A stretch of DNA of 64,000 nt from a virus (Duplodnaviria; Heunggongvirae; Uroviricota; Caudoviricetes), in the IMG/VR virus record IMGVR_UViG_3300047552_001889, positions 1 through 64,000 of that record. The stretch is one strand, 5' to 3'. The notes below the pieces were generated by a model. The model was not told where the DNA came from. It saw only the letters and a program-made list of their open reading frames with translations, and ran no database searches. Below are positions 55,705-64,000 of the stretch, piece after piece. A program made the translations under genes and the position numbers. Position 1 is the stretch's first letter. Every line of letters starts with the position of its first letter.

Positions 55705-56991
55705 ATGCTTACTTGGATTTTTATGCTAATTCCAGTCTTTGTAGCAGTAATTCTGCTCATCTTCTGGACAAAGAGTATTGTTTGGTGGGAAATCGCAGCT
55801 CTTGTACTACCCACATCAATCATCATTCTCTTGATGAATACAATTATGGTATCTTACAACATGTCAGATACCGAATATTTGGGTTCATACACAAAGAGAG
55901 TTAGCTACTACGAGCCTTGGGATGAGGAAGTTCCATGTAGGCACCCTATTTATTGTACAAGAATGGTAACATATTCTTGCGGAACGTCTAAGAGTCCAAG
56001 AACTTGTACAAGAATGGAAAGATACATATGTGGGTACGAACATCCATATGATGTTGACTATCACCCTGCAGAGTGGACAAAAGAAGATAACTTCGGGGCT
56101 GAACATGACATCAGTCGAGAGTACTATGTTCATCTTAAGCAGAGGTTTAATACCAAGGAGTATTTTACAGAGCTTCACAGAGACTATCACGCAATTGATG
56201 GTGATAAGTACTCAACTGACTGGGCTGGGCAGCCTGAGCGCTCGGATGTGATGTCAACAAGTGGTTCATATAAGAACAGAACTCAAGCATCAAAGTCTGT
56301 CTTTAAGTTTCAGAGGATAGATGATAAGCAAAAGAAGAAGTGGAAGCTTTACGACTATCCGTCTATTGAAGGTGGATACCAATCAGTTGTTATGGGTAGA
56401 AAAGTTGATGGAATGACAGATAGAAAACTTCAGTACATCAATGGATTCTACGGTCCTAATAAACAATTTAGAATGTTCATTCTATTCTTCAAGAACCAAA
56501 GCATGGAAGTTGTTCACAAGCAACGCTCTTACTGGGAAGGCGGAAACAAGAATGAGTTCATTGTCTGTATAGGGGTTGATGGCTCTGGAAAATTTGAGTG
56601 GGTTGATGCTTTTTCTTGGATGGATAGACCGACTCTTGAGGTTGAGGTTGAGGACTACTTCAATTCAAACCAAGACTTAAACCTTTCTAAGTTCGCTGAT
56701 TGGATGCCTGAGCAGGTAGAACACAAGTGGGTAAGAAAGAACTTTAAGGACTTTGAATATCTTCAGATAGAACTTTCATCTACACAGCTTTGGTGGGTTA
56801 TGACAATTGTCTTCATCTATAACATTGCTATATCTATCTGGGTTGTTAAGAATGAGCATGGAAACGTAGCAATTCAAGATAATTTCTCAGAGAGGTTTGA
56901 TTCAATATTAAGCAAGATAAAGTCAGCCATTAGGACTGCATATGACAAGACAGTTCAATTCTTTTCAAGGCTACTTTTTAAAAAGGAGTAA
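55705..56991 (+). CDS. hypothetical membrane protein
   Basis: TM helices at the N- and C-termini; 428 aa. Confidence 0.3.
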   Translation: MLTWIFMLIPVFVAVILLIFWTKSIVWWEIAALVLPTSIIILLMNTIMVSYNMSDTEYLGSYTKRVSYYEPWDEEVPCRHPIYCTRMVTYSCGTSKSPRTCTRMERYICGYEHPYDVDYHPAEWTKEDNFGAEHDISREYYVHLKQRFNTKEYFTELHRDYHAIDGDKYSTDWAGQPERSDVMSTSGSYKNRTQASKSVFKFQRIDDKQKKKWKLYDYPSIEGGYQSVVMGRKVDGMTDRKLQYINGFYGPNKQFRMFILFFKNQSMEVVHKQRSYWEGGNKNEFIVCIGVDGSGKFEWVDAFSWMDRPTLEVEVEDYFNSNQDLNLSKFADWMPEQVEHKWVRKNFKDFEYLQIELSSTQLWWVMTIVFIYNIAISIWVVKNEHGNVAIQDNFSERFDSILSKIKSAIRTAYDKTVQFFSRLLFKKE

Positions 56992-57320
56992 TGAAATGGC
57001 TTAAGTGGGTTCCTGGAAGACAGGGAGGTGACTATCAAAAAAAACTAATAATAGCCATGCGTTTGCCGTGGCTATTTGGTTTTGATGTATATTTGCTAAA
57101 GTTTGCCCCTAACTTTCTACTACCAGAGCATGTAGATAAGGTTGACAAGGGTGTTCACCTTAGAATGAACATCATACTTAAGGGTAGTGGTGAATTTAGG
57201 TGCGATAAGGCTATAATTAGAACTCGGAGAGTAATCTTATTTAGGCCAGATAAATATCTCCACTCAATGCAAAATGGAGATTCAGAGAGAAAGGTATTAT
57301 CAATAGGATTAAATTTTTGA
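56991..57320 (+). CDS. hypothetical protein
   Basis: ORF only. Confidence 0.25.
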   Translation: MKWLKWVPGRQGGDYQKKLIIAMRLPWLFGFDVYLLKFAPNFLLPEHVDKVDKGVHLRMNIILKGSGEFRCDKAIIRTRRVILFRPDKYLHSMQNGDSERKVLSIGLNF

Positions 57321-57733
57321 TTATGATAGATTGGACAAAAGAGACAAGTGGTGGAAAGAATTACTGTGGATATTGCACTGGAACGCCAGCTGATGGAACG
57401 GCTAAGTGTAATGGTGATTGCTTTAAGGAAACTTCTCCAAATTTCAAGGAGAATAGAGAGGACCAGATTAAAAGAAAAATACACTTTCATAAGTATATGC
57501 TTGCTCGATATGAGTTTGACAAGCAAGACTGGGCATCTTTTCATGATGCGCTCTTTAATGCAACTTATGATGATAAATCTGATGAAGGAAAAAATTTTAC
57601 ACAAGATGAGCTTGAAGTTTTATTCATGACCCTTTCAGATGATTTACAATATAAAGCTTTTTTGTGGGGCATGAGTGATACAGAGTGGAGAGAGAATGTA
57701 TATAAGTGGTATCAAGAAAATATGATGAAATGA
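57317..57733 (+). CDS. hypothetical Cys-rich protein
   Basis: ORF only. Confidence 0.3.
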   Translation: MIMIDWTKETSGGKNYCGYCTGTPADGTAKCNGDCFKETSPNFKENREDQIKRKIHFHKYMLARYEFDKQDWASFHDALFNATYDDKSDEGKNFTQDELEVLFMTLSDDLQYKAFLWGMSDTEWRENVYKWYQENMMK

Positions 57734-58074
57734 CACAGAACTTAAATGGAGTTGACATTTACGATTGTCCATACTTTGAGGTGGACTCAAGTGGTAGGCT
57801 GAAGTTTGTTCGTGGAGTTTATTATGATAGAACCCCAGAGAGCTTCAAGACCATAACAGAAATATACAATATCTCAAGATATTGCATGTGGATTATTAAT
57901 CAGAAAGATTCCTCTAATGTAAGTAAGTATGCTGCAATAGTGTATATGAACAGGGTCAATCAGAAACTACTGGAAATTGAAAGTGGTTTACGAAACATAC
58001 TTAAGGAAGTTCAAGATAAAAATGAAGAAGAACTCAAGAAATCAATAGAAAAACCAGGAAGGACTTATCTATGA
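57706..58074 (+). CDS. hypothetical protein
   Basis: ORF only. Confidence 0.3.
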   Translation: MVSRKYDEMTQNLNGVDIYDCPYFEVDSSGRLKFVRGVYYDRTPESFKTITEIYNISRYCMWIINQKDSSNVSKYAAIVYMNRVNQKLLEIESGLRNILKEVQDKNEEELKKSIEKPGRTYL

Positions 58075-59642
58075 AACCAGAGATTAGAGAGATAGTTGAC
58101 TTAATTATTAGCGGAGCTAGGTATGCTGGCGAATTTAGACACTTTGAAAATGAACACTTCATGTACTGGGTGTTTAATGACAGATACTATTATGATGGGA
58201 ATAGAGTGTCAAGAGATGAATTCAAGTGTGTAAATGATTACGCAATTCATCTGGGAACTCTGCCAAATGTAGAAAGAAAAAAGAGAAATGCCGAGAAGCC
58301 TGTTGATGATGCAACAGAAAATAAAATAAAGTCAGCTACTAATATTTCAACTGGCACTTCTTCTGGCGAATCAATCATAAGGTATTCAAAAACATATGAT
58401 ACTCTTGAGTATTATAAGTACTCTACAGAGATAAGGACTCCGCATAATAAAAAAATTGACAGAATTATTGCTATGAGAAAAAAGTATAAAGTTTTCTCAA
58501 TAAGAAATAATGGATATGTCATATTTGGAAAGAAGTGGCTCTCACTAAAAAACTGGGCTGCATTAAAGTATCAAAATGGACTTTCTGAGGAGCTGATGAC
58601 TAATCTTATACACTTAATGATTGGTAAAGATTGGGTGAGAGATTTAGACACAGATAATACTTATATGATAACCAATAAGAATGCTAGGAAGGCCAACTCT
58701 CTTGAGGAAGCAGTAGAGCTTGAGTGTGGATGCAAGCCAGCAAAAAATATCGAAAGAATTTTAGGTGGAGATATAAATGAGATAATTAATTTGTATAATT
58801 TAATTGAACCAAATAAGATAAATTATATTACTTCATTTATACTAAAGAATAAAAAAGCTATTGAATTAATGGGTAAAAAATCATACTCAGGATGTTCTTA
58901 CTTAATTTTTCTTTATTTCTTGTGCAGAGACAACCGCTGTGAGTTTCATATAATTAATGACTACGTTAAGATGTTATTGAAGCTTGGTCAGAAATTAAAT
59001 TTGAAGATTTCATCATATTCTACAATCAAAGCAAATCACGATAAGGCAAGCAAAGAAATCTTAATAAGAGAGGCTGGGAAAGGTAGGCTTAGGATTAAGA
59101 GTGTATATCCTAACATTAAGTCAATCGAGGGTCTTGAAGTTGAAAAGATTAGAACAATATTAAGACTTAAAGAAGAGAGTAGTAAGCTTCACCACTGTGT
59201 TATAACATATAAAGACAGAATTAACAGAGGAGAGTGTGCAATATATAGCCTTAAATTTAATGACAATTCTTACACAATGGAATTGCAAGCAAAAAGCACA
59301 TTTGATGGCGAAAAAGAGGAGAAATACTTACACGTCAACCAACTTCGTGGACTCTTCAATTGTGACCCGCCAATTCAGATGAAAGAGTTGTTTATTAAGA
59401 TGTGCGAAAACGCTGGAATAATATCTGCTAACATTAATTTTTCTTTAACTGATAAAAGGGAGAAAAAATCTGAAAGAAAAGTAATAAATATTGGGGAAAA
59501 AATTCTTGACCGTATTGATAATTATGGAAATATAGAAAGAGTGTATGATGAGCCTAAGGAGGAACAGACCCCTTCAACAAATTTCCCCCAATATGAAAAC
59601 CTAAGGCTTGGAACTTACGAAAATACAGATTTACCATGGTAA
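58071..59642 (+). CDS. hypothetical protein
   Basis: 523-aa ORF. Confidence 0.3.
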   Translation: MKPEIREIVDLIISGARYAGEFRHFENEHFMYWVFNDRYYYDGNRVSRDEFKCVNDYAIHLGTLPNVERKKRNAEKPVDDATENKIKSATNISTGTSSGESIIRYSKTYDTLEYYKYSTEIRTPHNKKIDRIIAMRKKYKVFSIRNNGYVIFGKKWLSLKNWAALKYQNGLSEELMTNLIHLMIGKDWVRDLDTDNTYMITNKNARKANSLEEAVELECGCKPAKNIERILGGDINEIINLYNLIEPNKINYITSFILKNKKAIELMGKKSYSGCSYLIFLYFLCRDNRCEFHIINDYVKMLLKLGQKLNLKISSYSTIKANHDKASKEILIREAGKGRLRIKSVYPNIKSIEGLEVEKIRTILRLKEESSKLHHCVITYKDRINRGECAIYSLKFNDNSYTMELQAKSTFDGEKEEKYLHVNQLRGLFNCDPPIQMKELFIKMCENAGIISANINFSLTDKREKKSERKVINIGEKILDRIDNYGNIERVYDEPKEEQTPSTNFPQYENLRLGTYENTDLPW

Positions 59643-60250
59643 AAGCGTTAATTTGTGGAGGTATTGGCTCTGGAAAGAGTACGGCCTGTAAAATTTTTGA
59701 GCAACTTGAGGTGCCTGTTTTTTACTCAGATGAAGCAGCTAAGAGCTTGATGAATTCAAACCCTTTCATTATTGGTAAGATAAAGAAGGAATTTGGAGAT
59801 AACCTATATATAGGTGGTCAGCTTAATCGGAAGATGCTGGCGGAGATAGTGTTCAATGATAAGGATAAGCTGGAGAGGCTTAATAAAATAGTTCATCCAT
59901 GGGTTGGTGAGGCTTTTAAGAGCTTTTGCTGTGAATATGAGAATGAGCCTTTCAATCACCCTAGTGTTCACTATGCTATAGAAGAGGCTGCAATTGGAAT
60001 AGAAACTGGAATCTATAAGGATTTTGACTACGTTATTCTGGTTACTGCAGATGAGGATGTGAGAATTAAGAGAGTAATGGAAAGGGATGGTTGCTCTGAA
60101 GAAAGTGTTCGTGATAGAATGAGTCGTCAAATGTCTGATGAGGAAAAGAAGCAGCATGCTGACTTCGTTATAATCAACAATGATTTTCCAAATCTTGAGT
60201 GTCAAGTTAATTCTATTCACAAAAAGATTTTGGAATATTCAAAAAAGTGA
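59636..60250 (+). CDS. coaE: dephospho-CoA kinase
   Basis: The N-terminal ALICGGIGSGKSTACKIF P-loop, with the following VPVFYSDEAAKSLM, matches CoaE (GLTGGIGSGKST...VIDAD); size 204 aa. Confidence 0.75.
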   Translation: MVKALICGGIGSGKSTACKIFEQLEVPVFYSDEAAKSLMNSNPFIIGKIKKEFGDNLYIGGQLNRKMLAEIVFNDKDKLERLNKIVHPWVGEAFKSFCCEYENEPFNHPSVHYAIEEAAIGIETGIYKDFDYVILVTADEDVRIKRVMERDGCSEESVRDRMSRQMSDEEKKQHADFVIINNDFPNLECQVNSIHKKILEYSKK

Positions 60251-60273
60251 TTAACTTTGTTTAAATTTACGAC

Positions 60274-60537
60274 ATGAATAAGGCAGTTACACTAGATAAG
60301 TTCTTTGAATCAAGCTACCCAGATGGACATTACGCTGTTTGGAAGACTGGGAAAATTTTAAACCCTAGCCAAGATGGGTTTCTATACGGATTCTCAGGTG
60401 CGGTTGTTGAATATAATAACTGTGAAGGATTCAAGGATTATCCAGAATGGATGGATAACACTGATGACCAGCAAATAAATATTGTTCTATTGAGCGAGAT
60501 TCCAATGGCACATGAATTATCTACTGGAGAATTTTAA
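60274..60537 (+). CDS. hypothetical protein
   Basis: ORF only. Confidence 0.3.
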   Translation: MNKAVTLDKFFESSYPDGHYAVWKTGKILNPSQDGFLYGFSGAVVEYNNCEGFKDYPEWMDNTDDQQINIVLLSEIPMAHELSTGEF

Positions 60538-60578
60538 TAATTTTGTAACAAATAAAACGAAGTTCCGTATAACGTAGT

Positions 60579-61133
60579 ATGGGAGATAATGAAAATATCA
60601 AGGAAGTAATTCAGGAAAATCTTGTAAATAATTTCATCAACAATAAAGCTGATGTTGAGAAAGAAATGAATCTTCTAAATGTTTTGATTTCCACTTTTTG
60701 TGATAATCAGTATACATACGATGAGTATTGCAAAAAAAGAATGAACTTTGAGCTTGAGGCTTGCGATAAGAGTGTGACTGTTGATGCAGAGGCTAAGGTG
60801 GAGCTATCAGACGCTGAGAGAATCATCATTCAGAACAAGGCGATGAGAAAGGTAATGAATAATACAAAGGCTGACTTTGAAGAAATTCTTAAGGAAGAGT
60901 ATGTTCAGCACCTTACTCAAAAGTGCTACGAAATTGACCAAAAGTTGTTTTACCAAATTTCAAAGTACTCATCTTTGAATTTGTTGAAGCATAAGATTCC
61001 AGATGATGTCTGGGAGAATAAGAGAGCCTACTTTGAGGGTATTTGTGAAAACAAGGCTAAGAAATATGCCAATGATTGCGCAAACGCCAACAAGGAAAGA
61101 CATGAGCAGGATATTAGAACTTCAATGATTTAA
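60579..61133 (+). CDS. hypothetical protein
   Basis: ORF only. Confidence 0.3.
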   Translation: MGDNENIKEVIQENLVNNFINNKADVEKEMNLLNVLISTFCDNQYTYDEYCKKRMNFELEACDKSVTVDAEAKVELSDAERIIIQNKAMRKVMNNTKADFEEILKEEYVQHLTQKCYEIDQKLFYQISKYSSLNLLKHKIPDDVWENKRAYFEGICENKAKKYANDCANANKERHEQDIRTSMI

Positions 61134-61495
61134 TGATGGACTTTTCTGTTTCTGAATTTGGCTTTATTACTGACTTCAATAATTTTGAAGATGCAGTAAA
61201 GTATTGCAAGGACAATGGACTTGTCGATGGTGAAGATGGTCTTCTTTGGATTATTGGGTCTGACATGAGTGAGTTGAAGGAGTTCATGGAGAACAATGAG
61301 ATAGACCATGAATTCATGATGCTTAAGTGTATGGGTGATGACAAGAATCTAATTTACTCGACTATCACTGGAGAGTGGGAAGATGCCACTGAGGTGGAGC
61401 AGGATGGTGAAGAGGATTTTGATGAGATGTTCGAAGTAAGAAAAGCATACATAGAAGATAAATATGGTGTAAACCACGGAAAAAGAATTTTGTAA
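61133..61495 (+). CDS. hypothetical acidic protein
   Basis: ORF only. Confidence 0.3.
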   Translation: MMDFSVSEFGFITDFNNFEDAVKYCKDNGLVDGEDGLLWIIGSDMSELKEFMENNEIDHEFMMLKCMGDDKNLIYSTITGEWEDATEVEQDGEEDFDEMFEVRKAYIEDKYGVNHGKRIL

Positions 61496-61584
61496 CTGGT
61501 AGTGTGGAGCAAGGACAAGTAAGAATACCTTGAAAGAAAGGCAATGTCAACCACTTAGCACTCAAAGGAGATAGATGCCAGTTA

Positions 61585-61658
61585 TTTTAAACGGCCCGTT
61601 AGCTCAGCTGGATAGAGCAACTGCCTTCTAAGCAGTAGGTCTCAGGTTCGAATCCTGA
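61585..61658 (+). tRNA. tRNA-Arg (anticodon TCT)
   Basis: The 74-nt sequence folds into a cloverleaf: acceptor GGCCCGT/ACGGGTC, D-arm GCTC-AGCTGGATA-GAGC, anticodon stem ACTGC/GCAGT with loop CTTCTAA, T-arm TCAGG-TTCGAAT-CCTGA, and discriminator A. No CCA is encoded. Confidence 0.85.
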
Positions 61659-61740
61659 ACGGGTCACAAAGCGTTGGTTGTCGCTTTATAAAACTCCCAC
61701 TAGATAATGCATCACTGTCTGGTGGGAGTGCAACTATGAA

Positions 61741-61815
61741 GGTCCTATAGCTCAGTTGGTTAGTAGCGCCTGACTCATAATCAGGGGGTCGCAGGTTCAA
61801 GTCCTGCTGGGACCA
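61741..61815 (+). tRNA. tRNA with CAT anticodon (elongator Met or Ile2-lysidine type)
   Basis: Acceptor GGTCCTA/TGGGACC, anticodon stem CCTGA/TCAGG with loop CTCATAA, and T-arm GCAGG-TTCAAGT-CCTGC. The anticodon stem lacks the three G-C pairs of an initiator tRNA. Confidence 0.8.
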
Positions 61816-62110
61816 CAAATAAGTTCTTTGAAAATATTACCTGTTGAAGATGGAGAGGCGAAGCAGTTGTCGATGAGGAGATGAAACCCCCTTCTACTAA
61901 CGCAAACCAAGTCAAGTGTTATGTCTATTGGATGGTGAGGAGGTCGGCTCATTAAAGATAATATCTTTTCTAAAACTCTGCTACTTGGAGCCAGGTAATT
62001 TTTTTTATAAGATTGACATTTTGTGAATATTTATTTTTATGAAAAAAGACACAAATACATTCTTCATGTAACGAGCTTGGCGCTTGTCTCGAAAGCGCTG
62101 AGCCATAACC

Positions 62111-62395
62111 ATGAAGAAAATGAAAAGCTTAAAGAGAGCGTACAGAAGGTACAAAAAGGAGGTCCACCTAAAGAGGAGGGCTAGAAACTATTACGATTGG
62201 AGCAATTCCATGAGTATAAACAGAGATAATCTTAGCTGGGCTGATTACTGGAAGGAAGTAAAGTCTGGGGAGTCTGGCCTATGGATGAGGCATACTGGAA
62301 AGGTTTGCAGCTGCTGGATGTGTTCATACGAAAAGTATGAGAGACCACAAAAGCAAGACATTCAAAAAGGTATCTCTGAAGAAATTGATGATTAG
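62111..62395 (+). CDS. hypothetical basic protein
   Basis: ORF preceded by a GCGCTT-n7-AAGCGC hairpin in the 5' region. Confidence 0.3.
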   Translation: MKKMKSLKRAYRRYKKEVHLKRRARNYYDWSNSMSINRDNLSWADYWKEVKSGESGLWMRHTGKVCSCWMCSYEKYERPQKQDIQKGISEEIDD

Positions 62396-62411
62396 TTTAT
62401 GCTAATTTTAG

Positions 62412-62439
62412 GCCTCAGGTTTTGCTTGAGGCTTTTTTG
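62412..62439 (+). terminator. rho-independent terminator
   Basis: GCCTCA-ggttttgct-TGAGGC followed by TTTTTTG. Confidence 0.6.
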
Positions 62440-62467
62440 TAACATTTTATTTTTATTTTCGTATAAG
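62439..62467 (+). promoter_or_regulatory. phage promoter GTAACA-N17-TATAAG
   Basis: gtaaca-ttttatttttattttcg-tataag, 6 nt upstream of the ATG at 62474, so the mRNA is predicted to be leaderless. Confidence 0.55.
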
Positions 62468-62473
62468 TCAAAG

Positions 62474-62797
62474 ATGGAAATACTTGTTTGGATTATAGTG
62501 GGCGCTGCCTTAATGGCTGTATCATTCTGGATGTCATCCTATATTATCGGCAGTTCTAAAAATAGAAAGAAATCAGACAAAGTTCAAGTGCCAAATCATA
62601 AGAGTCTCTTTAAGGTTCCTACCTGGAGGTTTCAAAAGTTCCCACCCTCAAATTGCCCTCATCACAATGGAATATACAGAACGGTTGAGGTTAGGGTCTT
62701 GAGTGAAAAGGTTAAGAAGAAAGTGTTCGTTTGCGCTGATTGTGTAAGCGCTATAGAAATTGAAGAAATTAACGAAAGAGATAAGTTTAAAGTCTAA
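62474..62797 (+). CDS. membrane-anchored protein with C-terminal Cys4 zinc-ribbon
   Basis: TM helix (ILVWIIVGAALMAVSFWM) followed by a CPHH...CADC motif. The ATG at 62474 is chosen over 62399 because of the promoter position. Confidence 0.35.
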   Translation: MEILVWIIVGAALMAVSFWMSSYIIGSSKNRKKSDKVQVPNHKSLFKVPTWRFQKFPPSNCPHHNGIYRTVEVRVLSEKVKKKVFVCADCVSAIEIEEINERDKFKV

Positions 62798-62802
62798 GTA
62801 TT

Positions 62803-63132
62803 ATGCTGGAGAAATTACAATTAACAGAATCTAAGTTATTCGTTGGACATAATCACAGAGATATGCTTACAGAAATGTGTGGCAGCCTGATTGGTCCTTG
62901 CTCCTGGTCAGAAGATGGGGAGAGCATAGTTTTTGATTCTGAAAAAATATCTTGGATGGAGGTCTGTATGGTCCACCTTCCAAAGTTCTTGAATACAGAA
63001 GTAAACTGGAGTCATAGCATAGCTGTCACACTGGCTCTTCATGTGCAGGAGTTTTATTATCATCCAAGACACATTGTCGATGCCCTGTATCAAATGTACA
63101 GAGATAAGACGGTTTGGAAAAAAACAAAGTAA
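62803..63132 (+). CDS. hypothetical protein
   Basis: ORF only. Confidence 0.3.
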   Translation: MLEKLQLTESKLFVGHNHRDMLTEMCGSLIGPCSWSEDGESIVFDSEKISWMEVCMVHLPKFLNTEVNWSHSIAVTLALHVQEFYYHPRHIVDALYQMYRDKTVWKKTK

Positions 63133-63145
63133 AAATAGAAATGGT

Positions 63146-63784
63146 ATGTTTGACGATTTAAAGCACATGCACATCAGTGCAATCAATCAAATGGTTGAGA
63201 GAGGGGAAATGATTCCAACAAAGAATATTGGAATTGAATTATTGAATCTGGAGGAGCTGAAGTTTACCGTAAAGAATGGTGGCAAAGTAAATGTTGCAGA
63301 GCTAATCAAGATAAGTAAATTTATTGATGACACGCTTAATAGTATGTCATGGGCCTGCAGAACCATAATGTTTTATCACAAAAAATCTCCTCACTATTGG
63401 GGGAAAGTTGAGAAAAACAAGGATAGAAAGGAATATAATGTATCTATTGACCTAGAGCCTTTCATGGAGAACGAATCAAAGTCAAAAGAACTTTATCCAG
63501 GATACAGAATCCCAGACAACTACCACCTGGCAGCTGAGCTTCTTAAGAAATTCAAGGAAGACGGAAATGACATTGAGGGTATTGAGGATGATGCATATAG
63601 AGAATGTGCTAACTGGTACATGAAAGATAAGAAGAAAGCCAAGGCTCTTGTTGACTTCATCGACAAGAACTATGTTATGCCTTATCTTAAGGAGCTCATA
63701 GAATTCTACAATATTAAGGAAGTGAAATTCCTGGAGGATAAAATGGACTTCGTATTTAAGAAAAGAAGAACAGTCAAAAAATAA
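63146..63784 (+). CDS. hypothetical protein
   Basis: ORF; the start at 63146 is preferred over the overlapping 63041. Confidence 0.3.
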   Translation: MFDDLKHMHISAINQMVERGEMIPTKNIGIELLNLEELKFTVKNGGKVNVAELIKISKFIDDTLNSMSWACRTIMFYHKKSPHYWGKVEKNKDRKEYNVSIDLEPFMENESKSKELYPGYRIPDNYHLAAELLKKFKEDGNDIEGIEDDAYRECANWYMKDKKKAKALVDFIDKNYVMPYLKELIEFYNIKEVKFLEDKMDFVFKKRRTVKK

Positions 63785-63795
63785 CGAAATAAAAA

Positions 63796-63821
63796 AGGAC
63801 CCAAGTTAAGGGTCCTTTCTT
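63796..63821. terminator. bidirectional terminator between convergent genes
   Basis: AAAAA-AGGACCC-aagttaa-GGGTCCT-TTCTT. Confidence 0.6.
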
Positions 63822-64000
63822 AATGCTCAAAATATTCTTTTGAAAGCCTGTCAATCAAAATGAGTGTTTGAGTTATAATTCCAATGTCCTCAAGCTCTGA
63901 ATCGTATATCTTATTATACTGCTTTGAGAAATCCTTCTTGAACTCCTTGTAGTTTTCGTGCTTCTTGTATGCAACCAAGTATGAGTGAATGGTTTTGTTA
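63820..64000 (-). CDS. hypothetical protein (3' part only; gene continues beyond window end)
   Basis: Open minus-strand frame ...LVAYKKHENYKEFKKDFSKQYNKIYDSELEDIGIITQTLILIDRLSKEYFEH* terminating at 63820-63822. Its start lies outside the window. Confidence 0.45.
   Translation of the reverse strand, partial: NKTIHSYLVAYKKHENYKEFKKDFSKQYNKIYDSELEDIGIITQTLILIDRLSKEYFEH

Noticed and set aside
61741-61815. Initiator tRNA-fMet assignment for the CAT tRNA
   Set aside because: The anticodon stem is CCTGA/TCAGG, lacking the three consecutive G-C pairs, and the 1-72 pair is a normal G-C. It looks like an elongator Met or a lysidine-modified Ile2 tRNA.
61816-62110. Search for a tmRNA or third tRNA in the 295-nt ORF-free stretch after the tRNA pair
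   Set aside because: No GGGG...GAUUCGAC 5' motif, no T-loop (GGTTCRANTCC) and no Ala-tag-like frame were visible. Only generic hairpins are present.
1-64000. CRISPR arrays, integrase or transposase, rRNA, prophage att sites
   Set aside because: No direct-repeat/spacer periodicity, no tyrosine or serine recombinase or DDE motifs, and no rRNA-like GC-rich blocks were seen. The only nuclease of mobile-element type is the HNH gene.

Overview
This AT-rich (~35% GC), densely packed, mostly plus-strand window looks like a segment of a large (jumbo-class) bacteriophage genome. Genes are tightly abutted with many ATGA-type overlaps, Shine-Dalgarno sequences are largely absent, two phage sigma factors are present, and the region is full of auxiliary 'host-like' functions. 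I saw no rRNA, CRISPR array, transposase or integrase.

The most striking feature is a circularly permuted, two-piece tmRNA (ssrA) gene on the minus strand at about 23881-24231. It is currently hidden under a spurious 117-aa ORF, and it is accompanied elsewhere in the window by SmpB, RNase R and ClpP.

Other themes:
- A tRNA maturation/repair toolkit: a Thg1-like protein, an RNase Z-like MBL protein, an Rnl2-family RNA ligase, a 2H phosphoesterase, a HAD phosphatase and a truncated ArgRS-like class I enzyme, plus tRNA-Arg(TCT) and a tRNA with a CAT anticodon.
- Three CoA-pathway enzymes: CoaB-like, CoaD and CoaE.
- Candidate anti-defence or signalling enzymes acting on NAD, ADP-ribose or cyclic nucleotides: NADAR, Sir2 and a class III nucleotidyl cyclase.
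- A protein quality-control set: ClpP, an N-domain-less ClpB, SPFH, PepF and an M23 peptidase.
- A very well conserved phage promoter family, [G/T][T/A]AACA-N17(...CG)-TATAA[G/T], found at 12 or more sites on both strands. Several instances sit 5-6 nt upstream of an ATG, implying leaderless mRNAs.
- Several rho-independent terminators.
- A GC-rich ~200-nt noncoding island of unknown function at 14940-15146.
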